Shown in pieces: positions 17,506-27,199 of a stretch of 64,000 nt of DNA. Position numbers and translations under genes: made by a program. This DNA is from Patescibacteria group bacterium (GTDB lineage: Bacteria > Patescibacteriota > Patescibacteriia > Patescibacteriales > JAQTRU01). The notes beneath the pieces were generated by a model. It saw nothing but the letters and a program-made list of their open reading frames with translations. It made no database searches and had not been told where the DNA came from. The DNA is taken from NCBI GenBank assembly GCA_028716725.1, contig JAQUPG010000002.1, forward strand, positions 25,824 to 89,823, given 5' to 3'. Within the stretch, counting starts at the first letter, position 1. The number at the start of each line of letters is the position of its first letter.

Positions 17506-18696
17506 CTAATACCTAGCACTCAACCCATAACACCCAATAACCCCTCCCCCTAAAACCTCATCTTTTCTGTAAAAAACCACGCTTTGCCCGGGGGTAATTG
17601 CCCTTTGCGGCTTTTTAAATTTTACAGAATATCTTCCTCTGTTGTTCTCCGCTTTTAGTTTTTCGATTTTACATTTTACTTGTTTGTGCCTGTACCTAAT
17701 TACCGCCTCGCAAGCCAGGGGCAGTTTGGGTTCTCGCCCGGCTATCCAATTAACATTATCCGCGACTAATTTATCATTACATAAAGCCGGGTCATCGCCA
17801 TCCTTCACCACATACAAAGTATTGGTTTTATAATCGCATTTGGCGACATAGAACGGGCCGATGCCGCCGATTTCCACCCCCCTCCTTTGGCCGATAGTGT
17901 AAAGCGGCAGGCCCTGATGTTCGCCCACTTTTTTACCATCTAAAGTTTTTATCGGACCTGATTTTAATTTAAGGTATCTTTTTAAAAAATCGTTATGGCT
18001 CTTGCCGGGGATAAAACAAATTTCCTGGCTTTCTTTTTTGGAGGCGACCGGCAGTTTAAATTTCCCGGCTATTTTTCTTACTTCTTCTTTTTTATAATCG
18101 CCCAGCGGGAAGAGCAGATGCCCCAATTGCCCTTGCGTTAAAGTCCAAAGAAAATATGACTGATCCTTATTTTTGTCTTTCGCCCGGAAAAGTCTGTACT
18201 GCCTGCCAGTTTTTTTCAAACGCACATAATGGCCGCTGGCGACATAATCAAACCCCAATTGCTTCGCCCGCTCAATCAGCAGGCCCAGTTTAACCAATTT
18301 ATTACAGCGGATACAGGGATTAGGAGTCCCGCCCTTCTTATATTCATTAAGAAAATAGTCAACCACTTCCTTTTTAAAAATATGGCTGAAATTCAAAGTG
18401 TAAAACGGCATATTGATATTGGAGCAAACCCGCCTCGCATCCATTAAGGCTTCAATTGAACAGCATTTATTTTCCGCTTCGCCCGCCTTTTCATCTTTCC
18501 AAAAATGCAAAAAAATTCCCAAAAGGTCACACCCCTGGTCTTTCAATAATTTTGCCGCCACCGAAGAATCCACCCCACCAGACATCGCTACAATTATGCG
18601 CTTTTTTTTATCGCCGCCCGCTTGCCCCGCAGAATCCCGAAGGGATTTGTGTGGGGACATCGCCACGATAATTTTTTTGTTTTCTTCTCCCGACAT
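17506..18696 (-). CDS. mnmA: tRNA-specific 2-thiouridylase MnmA
   Basis: AMSGGVDSS, TPNPCIRCN, ASGHY, KDQSYFL, ESQEICF, AITPGQSVVFY. Confidence 0.97.
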   Translation of the reverse strand: MSGEENKKIIVAMSPHKSLRDSAGQAGGDKKKRIIVAMSGGVDSSVAAKLLKDQGCDLLGIFLHFWKDEKAGEAENKCCSIEALMDARRVCSNINMPFYTLNFSHIFKKEVVDYFLNEYKKGGTPNPCIRCNKLVKLGLLIERAKQLGFDYVASGHYVRLKKTGRQYRLFRAKDKNKDQSYFLWTLTQGQLGHLLFPLGDYKKEEVRKIAGKFKLPVASKKESQEICFIPGKSHNDFLKRYLKLKSGPIKTLDGKKVGEHQGLPLYTIGQRRGVEIGGIGPFYVAKCDYKTNTLYVVKDGDDPALCNDKLVADNVNWIAGREPKLPLACEAVIRYRHKQVKCKIEKLKAENNRGRYSVKFKKPQRAITPGQSVVFYRKDEVLGGGVIGCYGLSARY

Positions 18697-18737
18697 AATT
18701 AAATTATATCTTTAATAATTTCATATTACAATACAAA

Positions 18738-18758
18738 GGACAGGGCAAAGCCCTGTCC
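18738..18758. repeat. REP-like hairpin GGACAGGGC-AAA-GCCCTGTCC
   Basis: Perfect 9-bp stem in an intergenic region; may also act as a terminator. Confidence 0.55.
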
Positions 18759-18805
18759 CCGTAATTTTTATTTTATTATTTTATTTTTATATTATTTCAA
18801 TTTTT

Positions 18806-21265
18806 TTAATACAATCCCGGGAATTGCTGTTTAACTGCCTGGACGGCCTTATCATCGCCAGCTATGACTTCCAGCAAAGCTCCGACCGCTTCCCTGGCTT
18901 TATTATTTTCGCCTAATTTCTGATAAAGCAAAGCCAAACTATACAAGACATTGGCATGTTTCGGATTTAACTGATAAACGCTGTAAAAAATCTGTTCAGC
19001 CATAGCCAAATCATTGTTAGGGCTAACCGCTGCTCCGGCCGGCTGGTTTGACTCAACGCTTAATTCCTCGCCACCTTCTTCCTCGCTGCTGGTTATTTCT
19101 TCTTCAGTCAAGGCTTTGGTGGCGCTTTGCGACAGGTTAAGCTGGGAGACGCCACGGTTAAAATATAACCTGCCTAATTCAAAACGATAATCTATATTGT
19201 CTTTAACTAAAATTACCGCTTTCTTAAGTTCTTCAATCGCCGCATCATTATTGCCCAATTTTTCATAAGCAACCGCCTTGCCGTAATAAGCCGGCGCCAA
19301 ATCGTTTTTCTTCCCTATGGCCTCATCATATTTTTTTATAGCCTCGTTTACATAATACTCCTTTTCGGTTTTATCCTGTTCGGCGTTAGACCGAGCCATA
19401 TTTATTAAAGCAATGCGCAGAAACGGCGTCGGATTATCCGGCTCCAATTCTTCCACCTTGTTATAAAGATTCTCCGCCCATTCTAAAGCGCCTCTTGTAT
19501 AAAAACTGGCGTTCTCATATATCAGAGCCAAAGATTCTTCATCGGCCGCTTTGTTGGGGGAAATTTCCACGGCCCTTTTACCCATTTCAATCGCCTGGCT
19601 TAAATTATTTTCAATTTTCGTTTGGTCTCCCCCGGCACCAACCTCCTGGTTGGCCAAAATCATATAATTGCTGGCTAATTCCATATAATAACTGTCTTCA
19701 TAGGGAAATAAGGCCACTGCTTTCTTGAGCTCAACAATCTTGCCATTGGGATCCTCAATCGCCAAAGATTTTTTGGCATGGACTTCGGCCAGATACATTT
19801 TTACCCCCATGGTGAAAAGAACAACTACACCGGCGCTTACGCACAAGAATATAGCCGCTAAAGCCAGAGCGTATTTAGGCGAAGACCGGAAAGAAAGCAC
19901 CAGGGATTTAAATTTTTCCGGATAAAGCCGAATAGCGGAAGAAACCATAAAACAGGAAACCAGAACTGACCATAATATCAGGCTGTTATTTAAAGAAAAA
20001 AGCAGGGCGAAAATAATTATTACTATAAAACTGGAAAAGAGGGCTAAAATAATCGGCTGAAGTTCTTTATCGGTCATTTTCAGAAGCGTAAGAAAACAAA
20101 TGGACAGCGCTATCAAACCGACCACTATAAAAACCAGGGCTCCGACCACGCCAACGCTGGCCAGCAATTCGAAGATAATTCCGCTCCCGCTGTTAAAGCG
20201 GGCATTCCATAAAGGCGAAGCGTTAAAATCAGCCCCCTTAAACTTGGAAAAACTATAATAAAAAGTGGCCGGCCCGGAACCGAATATCGGATTTGCCCTT
20301 AAACTATTCTGGGCAATATCCCAGGAAGCGCTTCGGGAAAGACTCACTTCCGCCGGTAAATCTAAATTCATTGCATTAAAATTGCCTAAAACCAAAAAAA
20401 TTATAATAAGAAGAAAAACGGCCAAAGGAATAATTAAATTACTGCCCGAAACAGATATGATTTTAGCCAGAAAAAACATCAGGATAATCACTATCCCCAC
20501 TAAAGCGGCTGGCCAGAAAGTAAACCCGTTAAGAAGGACTAAAATAGTTAAATTCGCCAGGATTGTTGAAATAACCAAAATTTTCAAAAAAGCAGCGGCC
20601 GCCTTATTCAAGCGGGGGTGGATCTCTTTTATCTGGGAAGCCAGGATAATCAAGAACGGCAAGCAGGAAATGAGAAACATTGTCAATCCGGACGAAGAGC
20701 CAAGGGGGTTAAAACTTATTGTCTGCGTGAAGGGAAGGGGCAGAACGAAAAATCCCAATAATTGAAGCAAGGAATAGAAAGTCACGAGAGAAGAAGAAAT
20801 GATCAATGACCAAAATATTATTTTTATCCTTTTCGGGCTGATGTTGTTTGAAACCAAATAATAAAACAAGGAAAAAATAACTACGGCTGCCAGCCCTTTT
20901 GTTAAGTTTGTATAAACACCGATTAAGCTGTCTTTTGGGCTGACAGAAAGGATTGTGGCTATAATAAAAACCGCCACTAAAAGTAAAATTGGCCAATCAA
21001 GCGGCGTCCTTTTTAATTCCAACTCCCCTTCTAAAACCCCCTTTGTCACCCAGGCGACGGTAGCGGCCAGGACAAGAAAATAAAATAGCATTATTTTCTC
21101 AAAACCCAAGCCCGACAGCGCTTGGCCGGAAAAAAATAAAGGGCAAAGAAAAAATATCAGGACAATTAAACTGATAATAACAAAATCCAAAAGTTTAGTT
21201 GTCGATTTACCCTCCTCTTTCTTGGCCGCTCGCCCGAGCGACACTAAATTTTTCAATCCGGTCAT
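18806..21265 (-). CDS. O-antigen ligase-like polytopic membrane protein with C-terminal TPR repeats
   Basis: About 12 TM helices, KRTPLDWPIL, PIFGSGPATF, TPR-like helices; paralog at 41322. Confidence 0.8.
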   Translation of the reverse strand: MTGLKNLVSLGRAAKKEEGKSTTKLLDFVIISLIVLIFFLCPLFFSGQALSGLGFEKIMLFYFLVLAATVAWVTKGVLEGELELKRTPLDWPILLLVAVFIIATILSVSPKDSLIGVYTNLTKGLAAVVIFSLFYYLVSNNISPKRIKIIFWSLIISSSLVTFYSLLQLLGFFVLPLPFTQTISFNPLGSSSGLTMFLISCLPFLIILASQIKEIHPRLNKAAAAFLKILVISTILANLTILVLLNGFTFWPAALVGIVIILMFFLAKIISVSGSNLIIPLAVFLLIIIFLVLGNFNAMNLDLPAEVSLSRSASWDIAQNSLRANPIFGSGPATFYYSFSKFKGADFNASPLWNARFNSGSGIIFELLASVGVVGALVFIVVGLIALSICFLTLLKMTDKELQPIILALFSSFIVIIIFALLFSLNNSLILWSVLVSCFMVSSAIRLYPEKFKSLVLSFRSSPKYALALAAIFLCVSAGVVVLFTMGVKMYLAEVHAKKSLAIEDPNGKIVELKKAVALFPYEDSYYMELASNYMILANQEVGAGGDQTKIENNLSQAIEMGKRAVEISPNKAADEESLALIYENASFYTRGALEWAENLYNKVEELEPDNPTPFLRIALINMARSNAEQDKTEKEYYVNEAIKKYDEAIGKKNDLAPAYYGKAVAYEKLGNNDAAIEELKKAVILVKDNIDYRFELGRLYFNRGVSQLNLSQSATKALTEEEITSSEEEGGEELSVESNQPAGAAVSPNNDLAMAEQIFYSVYQLNPKHANVLYSLALLYQKLGENNKAREAVGALLEVIAGDDKAVQAVKQQFPGLY

Positions 21266-21290
21266 AATTTTAATTTTAAAATTAATAATA

Positions 21291-22475
21291 TTATTTTTCC
21301 AGCTCTTTAAAAACGTCAAGATATTCTCCGGCCGCTTTCTGCCAGCTGAATTCTAAAACTTTCTTTTTCCCCCTTTCGATTAAATTGTTTCTGAGATTGC
21401 CGTCTGATAAAATTTTTCCTATCGCCCGGGCAATCTCCCCGCTTTTGTACGGGTCAACCAGCAAAGACGCCTCGCCCGCCACCTCAGGCAGGCTGGAAGA
21501 AAAACCGACTATTGTCGGCAGCCCGCAGGCCATAGCCTCTAGGGGCGGCAAACCAAAGCCTTCGTAAAACGAGGGGTAAACAAAAACCGAAGCTAAATTA
21601 TAAAGATAAACTTTATCCTCCCGGGGAATATAATTTAAAAATTTTATACCCTCCCGGTATTTTGATTCCTTCCATTCGTCCATAATCCCCGTTTCTTTCC
21701 AGCCCGCTCCGCCGGCTATCACTAATTCTACTTTCTCCTCCCCGAACCCGGTTTGCCTGAATTCGTTATAAGCTTTTATTAAACCGATAATATTTTTGCG
21801 TGGCTCCTGCGTCCCCAAAAATAAGATAAACTTATCTTCTAAATTATATTTTTTCTTAATCTCCTTAAGGGCCCCGTCATTTTTATCAACCGGCCTGAAT
21901 TCTTCAGCCACCCCGGAATAAATAGTTTTTACCTTATTCCCGTTAATCTCTCCCAGCTCTATTATATCATTTTTCGTATTTTCCGAAACGGCTATAATTT
22001 TATCGGATTCTCTTATCAATTTCTTAATGTTAATTATATAATGCCATAAGTTTCTCCGCGAGCTAAAAAAATTGGGATAGCGGAGAAAAGACAAGTCATG
22101 TACAGTTAATATTTTTCTCGCTTTAGGGGACAAGGAAATAAAATTAAGATTTGGCAGCCAAAAAATATCAACTCCGAGCATTTTATCAATCTTCGGGTGG
22201 CGCAGAGTTTTCTGGAATAAATAATTGAATATCTTATTGGGATAGCGGGTGCTGACTACTTCCGCATTGCCATTTTTAAATTCGGGCATTCTCCCGCTTA
22301 TATCCCGGCCGGAATTATAAAATAACTTATATTCATTCCTTTTGTCCTGGTCCAAAATCGCCTTAACTAAATTAAGCGTGTACTCTGACACGCCGCTATA
22401 TTCCCTCTCCATTAAAGTTCTTATATCAATGCCGATTTTCACCCCGTTAGAAATCTTCTTGTTTTCTTTCTCCAT
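21291..22475 (-). CDS. Glycosyltransferase family 4
   Basis: IGIDIR, TVHDLSF, EPRKNI, PSFYEGFGLPPLEAMACG. Confidence 0.95.
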   Translation of the reverse strand: MEKENKKISNGVKIGIDIRTLMEREYSGVSEYTLNLVKAILDQDKRNEYKLFYNSGRDISGRMPEFKNGNAEVVSTRYPNKIFNYLFQKTLRHPKIDKMLGVDIFWLPNLNFISLSPKARKILTVHDLSFLRYPNFFSSRRNLWHYIINIKKLIRESDKIIAVSENTKNDIIELGEINGNKVKTIYSGVAEEFRPVDKNDGALKEIKKKYNLEDKFILFLGTQEPRKNIIGLIKAYNEFRQTGFGEEKVELVIAGGAGWKETGIMDEWKESKYREGIKFLNYIPREDKVYLYNLASVFVYPSFYEGFGLPPLEAMACGLPTIVGFSSSLPEVAGEASLLVDPYKSGEIARAIGKILSDGNLRNNLIERGKKKVLEFSWQKAAGEYLDVFKELEK

Positions 22476-22556
22476 ATAATTTTTAATCTACCCTCCAAAG
22501 CTTTTCCCCGCCAATAATTTTACTATTCTTTCTAGCTAATTAAATTTCTAACGGGG
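22442..22556. mobile_element. Miniature inverted-repeat element (family A) over the GT4 start
   Basis: CCCCGTTAGAAAT...ATTTCTAACGGGG, 115 bp, perfect TTCA/TTCA duplication. Confidence 0.88.
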
Positions 22557-22580
22557 TTCATATTTTTACGGGCCCCCTTC

Positions 22581-23687
22581 CTATTTTTCTTTAAACCTCC
22601 TGTATTCCTCCTCAATAAAACCTCTTAATTCTTTTTTGAATTTTTCCACAGAAAACCGCTCGGCCTGACGGCGAATTTCCGCCGGCTCCCACTTCTCGGA
22701 GCTAAAATTTTCTACGGCTTCGGCCACGGCCGCCGGTGTCTGCTCGTCAAAAAATATTCCGGTTTTCCATTCAACCACAGTTTCGGTGGCTCCGCCTTTG
22801 CGAAAAGCGATTATGGGCCGGCCGGAAGCCATGGCTTCTATAACGGTAATGCCGAAATCTTCTTCCTGCGGATTTAAAAATGCCCGGCAATGGCTGTATA
22901 ACTCCGCTTTGGCTTTATCGTCAACCCGTCCCAAAAACTCAATATTTTTGCTGCCGGCGGCAATCCCCTTTAACCTCTCCAAATCCACCCCGTCCCCAAA
23001 AATTTTAAGCTTTTTGCCTGAATTTTTAAACGCTTCCACGACAATATCTACCCGTTTATAGGGGGCCAGCCGGCCGCCGATTAAAAAATAGTCCTTGGGG
23101 CCGTCAGAAATATGGAAATTTTCAATCTCTACCGGCGGATAAATCACGGCCGAATCGCGCCGGTAATATTTTTTAATTCTTTTTTTTATGGTCCCGGAAT
23201 TGGCAATATAGGTATCTACCCGCTCCGCCGCCTGCTTATCCCAAACCCGAATATAATTTAAAATCAGAGAGATTATTTTTTTTAAATATTTATTGTACTT
23301 AAGCTCATTTATGTATTGGTGGGTATAATCCCAAAGATAGCGGGTCGGCGTATGGCAATAGCAAATATGCAAAGTGTCTATTGAAGTAATGACGCCTTTG
23401 GCAAAAGAGCTGGTGCCGGAAATGACTAAATCATATTCCCGCAAATCAAAAAATTCTACCGCCATGGGCATAAACGGCATATACCATTGGTAATGCTTTA
23501 TCCCGCCGGGAAGCTTTTGGATAATGGAAGTTTCTATCCGCCGGTTCTTAAAATATTTATCGGCGTTTTTCTTTTCGTAAAGCAAGGTATAAATCGGCGC
23601 CTCAGGAAACATCTCCGTCAATACCTTTAAAACTTTTTCCGCCCCTCCGTCTTGGGCCAGATGGTCATGAATTAAAGCTACGCGCAT
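22581..23687 (-). CDS. Glycosyltransferase family 4 (WbaZ-like)
   Basis: ALIHDHL..GGAEKVL, CYCHTPTRYLWD, EEDFGITVIEAMASG. Confidence 0.93.
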   Translation of the reverse strand: MRVALIHDHLAQDGGAEKVLKVLTEMFPEAPIYTLLYEKKNADKYFKNRRIETSIIQKLPGGIKHYQWYMPFMPMAVEFFDLREYDLVISGTSSFAKGVITSIDTLHICYCHTPTRYLWDYTHQYINELKYNKYLKKIISLILNYIRVWDKQAAERVDTYIANSGTIKKRIKKYYRRDSAVIYPPVEIENFHISDGPKDYFLIGGRLAPYKRVDIVVEAFKNSGKKLKIFGDGVDLERLKGIAAGSKNIEFLGRVDDKAKAELYSHCRAFLNPQEEDFGITVIEAMASGRPIIAFRKGGATETVVEWKTGIFFDEQTPAAVAEAVENFSSEKWEPAEIRRQAERFSVEKFKKELRGFIEEEYRRFKEK

Positions 23688-23737
23688 TTTTACATTAATG
23701 GTTAATAGTTAAAAGTTAACTGTTAATTGTCATTACT

Positions 23738-25177
23738 TTATTCCGCTTTCCTCGGCCTTAAGATCGCCAGTGGCGTTCGCAGCAAAATAGATAAATCGAA
23801 CAAAAGCGACCAATTTTCAATATAATAAGTATCAAGCTTCACTTCGTCTTCAAAGCTTAAGTCGCTCCGGCCGGAAATCTGCGCTAAACCGGTAATTCCC
23901 GGCTTAATAGATAAAACTTTTTTGTGGTGCCGTTCATATTTGGCCACTTCGCGCGGCTGGTGCGGCCGGGGGCCGATTAAGCTCATACTGCCGAATAAAA
24001 CGTTAAAAAACTGCGGCAGCTCATCAAGGCTCCAGCGCCTTATAAATCTTCCCACTTTTGTTATCCTCGGATCCGCCGCGATTTTATAAACCGGGCCATC
24101 CTTGGTATTTTGTTTTTCTATAAGTTCCTTCTCAAACTTAACGGCTCTTTCGCTATTGGCATAATCTTCGCCGACGCAATACTGGATTGACATTGACCTG
24201 AATTTAAAAACCTTAAACACCCCGTTTTTGCTGACTCTTTCATTTTTGTAAATAACCGGCCCTCTTGATTCTAATTTTATGGCTAAGGCCGTAATAATCA
24301 AAATCGGGCTGAAAACAATAATGAAGAAAAGAGAAAAAATAATATCAAAAATCCTTTTAATAATCCGGCCCCAGCCTTCCAGGGGAGTTTTTTTAACTTC
24401 AACAATGGGTATGCCGGCGATTTCCACCACCTCGGTCTTTAAAACTTTTGTCCCCAAAAGATCAGCCGCGTACCTGAAAGTAATATGGTGCTCATCGGCA
24501 AAATCAAATAAACGCAGAATTTCTCCCTTAGTTAAATTCGGGTCGCTTTGGATTATTTCATCTATTTCCTCGCCTCTCTCCCGGCAGGTTTTTAAAAACT
24601 CGGCCAGCTCTTCAACCGCTTCAATGTTAAAATTACGCAAACGCTTTACAATTTCATAGCCGGACTTCTTATTGCGGAAAGACTCCCGGACTAAGGTGTC
24701 GGTCGTTTGGCTATTGCCGACCAAAACGATTTTATGGACGCCAATGCCGAAAGAAAAAAGAGTTCTCTGCAAACCCCGGATCAGAGCCCGGGAAAAGCTT
24801 ACGTAAAAAATAGCTAATATCCAGCCGGCTAAAACAATAAAACGGGAATCAAATAATTCCCGCCTGACAAAAATTAAAATTACTATTAGCATCAAACCGG
24901 TGGAACAAGCCAGCACGATTCGATAAAATTCTTTTACTAATCTCCGGGCGTCTTTTATGTTATAAAGCCCTGATAAAGCAAAAATAATTACCCACAAGAA
25001 AGAAATCAACAGGACTACTTTAAAATAAGAAGAAAAGGGTAAACTAAAAATAACCGGCCTTATTCCCGTGGTGAATTCGGAAAAACGGATATAGTAAGCG
25101 GAAATACCGGCTAAAACTACCATTAAAAAATCCAAGGGCACCAGTAAAAAAGTAAAAATTAATTCGCTACGCTTCAT
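23738..25177 (-). CDS. Polyprenyl-phosphate hexose-1-phosphate transferase (WcaJ/WbaP family)
   Basis: KRIFDI, FKFRSM, SLDELPQFFNV, GPRP, KPGITGLAQ. Confidence 0.95.
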   Translation of the reverse strand: MKRSELIFTFLLVPLDFLMVVLAGISAYYIRFSEFTTGIRPVIFSLPFSSYFKVVLLISFLWVIIFALSGLYNIKDARRLVKEFYRIVLACSTGLMLIVILIFVRRELFDSRFIVLAGWILAIFYVSFSRALIRGLQRTLFSFGIGVHKIVLVGNSQTTDTLVRESFRNKKSGYEIVKRLRNFNIEAVEELAEFLKTCRERGEEIDEIIQSDPNLTKGEILRLFDFADEHHITFRYAADLLGTKVLKTEVVEIAGIPIVEVKKTPLEGWGRIIKRIFDIIFSLFFIIVFSPILIITALAIKLESRGPVIYKNERVSKNGVFKVFKFRSMSIQYCVGEDYANSERAVKFEKELIEKQNTKDGPVYKIAADPRITKVGRFIRRWSLDELPQFFNVLFGSMSLIGPRPHQPREVAKYERHHKKVLSIKPGITGLAQISGRSDLSFEDEVKLDTYYIENWSLLFDLSILLRTPLAILRPRKAE

Positions 25178-25264
25178 AATGGATGGCGCATAACTTAAAT
25201 AACGTTTTAATTATAAAACGTTAATAGGCTACGCGGTTCGTATTATGCGAAAATAAATTCCACT

Positions 25265-25655
25265 AATATCAGGGCAAGCTATAAGCCGGATTCTGTTTAA
25301 ATAGTCATCTATCTAGTTCCGAAGTTACCCTCGGAATCAAGCGAGCCACTTTTTTCCCGCTCAAATGCTTTAGCATTCTGGAGTGGGATTTGCTCTTGCT
25401 TCAGACAGGGTTTACCGCGTCACTCTGTTACCAGAGGACGATCCAAGTAGCGTAAATTAAACGGATATCCGAGATCAATTTACACACCCTGGAACTTTTC
25501 ACGTTTGGTCCCGATTGCTCGGGACTAGTATAGTCTCTGTGGCACTTTCCCTAAGATTACTCTTGGTGGGCATTACCCACTGCCTTTTTAATGAAGTCCG
25601 GACTTTCCTCCCGCCCAAATTTTTGGGCGATTGACTATCCACTTACCCTGATATT
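25265..25655 (-). ncRNA. rnpB: RNase P RNA
   Basis: GGAGGAAAGTCCGGACT, AGTGCCACAGA, GGTAAACCC, ACAGAATCCGGCTTAT conserved regions; P1 stem AATATCAGGGTAAG/CTTGCCCTGATATT. Confidence 0.96.
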
Positions 25656-25776
25656 ATTGAAATTTAAAGGACTAATTATACGAATAACATAGCACTTGAT
25701 AACTTAAAAGTCAATAAATTTACTATATTATATTTAATTTTAGCCAAATTTACTAAAAATAAATAAATTAAAAACC

Positions 25777-25805
25777 TTGACAAATTATAAATTATATGAT
25801 ATAAA
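25777..25805 (+). promoter_or_regulatory. sigma70 promoter of the DUF6765 gene
   Basis: TTGACA-17bp-TATAAA with extended TG. Confidence 0.65.
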
Positions 25806-25873
25806 GGAATGTTCAACATGCACCTTCAAAACCGAGAAAAAAACAACGAAACTCAGATATGAGGAGGCTTGCC

Positions 25874-26908
25874 ATGCAAATGGACATGCATTTTTACCTA
25901 ATATATTTTCTCGCCCGATTGTTAGGTTTTTGCGACAAAGATGCGAGGAAAATAGCTTACGCTTCTAACCATGTTGATTTTGCCGAGTGTAACAATCTGA
26001 TATACGCCGCCAAAATTTATATAAACATGGTTGGAACATCTCACCGGCCCCTAGATTTTAAAAAGCTTAGTGAAAGCAAAAATCGGTTCCGGCCCTGGAT
26101 ACCTTTTCATTTCCTACCGAGCATAAAGAACCTTATATGTGAAATGAATGGCGCATTGGTACAGCCGATGCTGGAATACGTTTTCTTACATAAGAACGAA
26201 CCGTATTTTTTGCATCTAGTTGGTGTTGTCCTGCACGTCCTCTGCGACTCCTACTCGCACTGGGGATTTATCGGACAAAACGATGAGAGAAACAGAATTG
26301 ATAATGGCTCTCTGAAAATCGTGAATCATAATACTTCAATCTTGGGACGACTCGTCGACGAATTGAAGACTTTTAAGGAAAAACTCCAAGGAACCATAGC
26401 CGAAAAAATGCCCGTAGGTCATAGCGCTATAGGCATGTGGGCTGATATTCCCTCGATTATCATCAGCTACAAAGCCGAGAACAGCGAAATAGAAATTATA
26501 AGGGACAATCCGAAAAACTTCCTTGAGGCGTCCCATCGGGTTTATAATTTCTTACTCCGGGTTCGGAAAGAGAGTCCTCAATATGGGCTGACAAATCCTG
26601 ACCAAAGTTGGGATGATGTAAGCGCCGAAATTGAAAAACTCATCTCCGACAAGTGCTCACTGGGAGAGCGCCTTAGCAAATGGCAGAAGTTGATAAACTC
26701 TGGAAAATACTTTCCTGCGACTAGCCGGGACAAACATCTCCTTTACGTTGCGGAAAGCTGGCGTCAGGATGAGTTGATAAAACAGCTTAACGCTGGTAAA
26801 GATCCCAACTCCTGCCATCCTCTCTTGTTTAACAGGGCTGCACGCATTCATGAAATGTTTGTTGAAAAGCAACTAAATGAATGCGGTTTAATCATCAGCG
26901 CAGCGTAA
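25874..26908 (+). CDS. DUF6765-like protein (putative zinc-dependent phospholipase C/nuclease-like fold)
   Basis: MDMHFY..YFLAR..GF, IAYASNHVD, WIPFHFLP, LHVLCDSYSH; GAGGAGG SD before ATG 25874. Confidence 0.75.
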   Translation: MQMDMHFYLIYFLARLLGFCDKDARKIAYASNHVDFAECNNLIYAAKIYINMVGTSHRPLDFKKLSESKNRFRPWIPFHFLPSIKNLICEMNGALVQPMLEYVFLHKNEPYFLHLVGVVLHVLCDSYSHWGFIGQNDERNRIDNGSLKIVNHNTSILGRLVDELKTFKEKLQGTIAEKMPVGHSAIGMWADIPSIIISYKAENSEIEIIRDNPKNFLEASHRVYNFLLRVRKESPQYGLTNPDQSWDDVSAEIEKLISDKCSLGERLSKWQKLINSGKYFPATSRDKHLLYVAESWRQDELIKQLNAGKDPNSCHPLLFNRAARIHEMFVEKQLNECGLIISAA

Positions 26909-26915
26909 TATCAAC

Positions 26916-26952
26916 GGCGGAACTGCTAGTCAGTTCCGCCGTTTTCTTTTTT
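26916..26952 (+). terminator. Intrinsic terminator
   Basis: CGGCGGAACTG-loop-CAGTTCCGCCG followed by a T-rich tract. Confidence 0.85.
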
Positions 26953-26966
26953 AAAAAAATCATTGA

Positions 26967-27025
26967 CCCCACTTCGCCTCGCTATTGCTCGGAACTTCCT
27001 GCCTGCCGGCAGGCAGGCAAGGGGC
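26967..27025. repeat. Nested palindromic elements
   Basis: CCCCACTTCG...GGGG element interrupted by the perfect 20-bp palindrome CCTGCCTGCCGGCAGGCAGG (26998-27017). Confidence 0.75.
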
Positions 27026-27199
27026 GAGACGAAGCGATGTGAAATCTAAAATTTTAAAACAGATTTACACATTTAGCCAGCGGGCGTGCCTAATTCTTGA
27101 CAATACTAAAAAAATACACTAACATAAAAAATCGCTCTTTTTATTTTTATCCTCCGAATTCAAAAAATTCACTGATATATCAACCGCAAGGAGCCGAAA

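Noticed and set aside
22442-22556. Invertible phase-variation switch around the GT4 start
   Set aside because: Direct 4-bp flanks and the reconstructed empty site fit insertion better, and no invertase is nearby. Not fully excluded without reads.
24573-24588. Possible degenerate palindromic insert in the sugar transferase (CCTCTCTCCCGGCAGG)
   Set aside because: Too short and degenerate to assign without an ortholog alignment.
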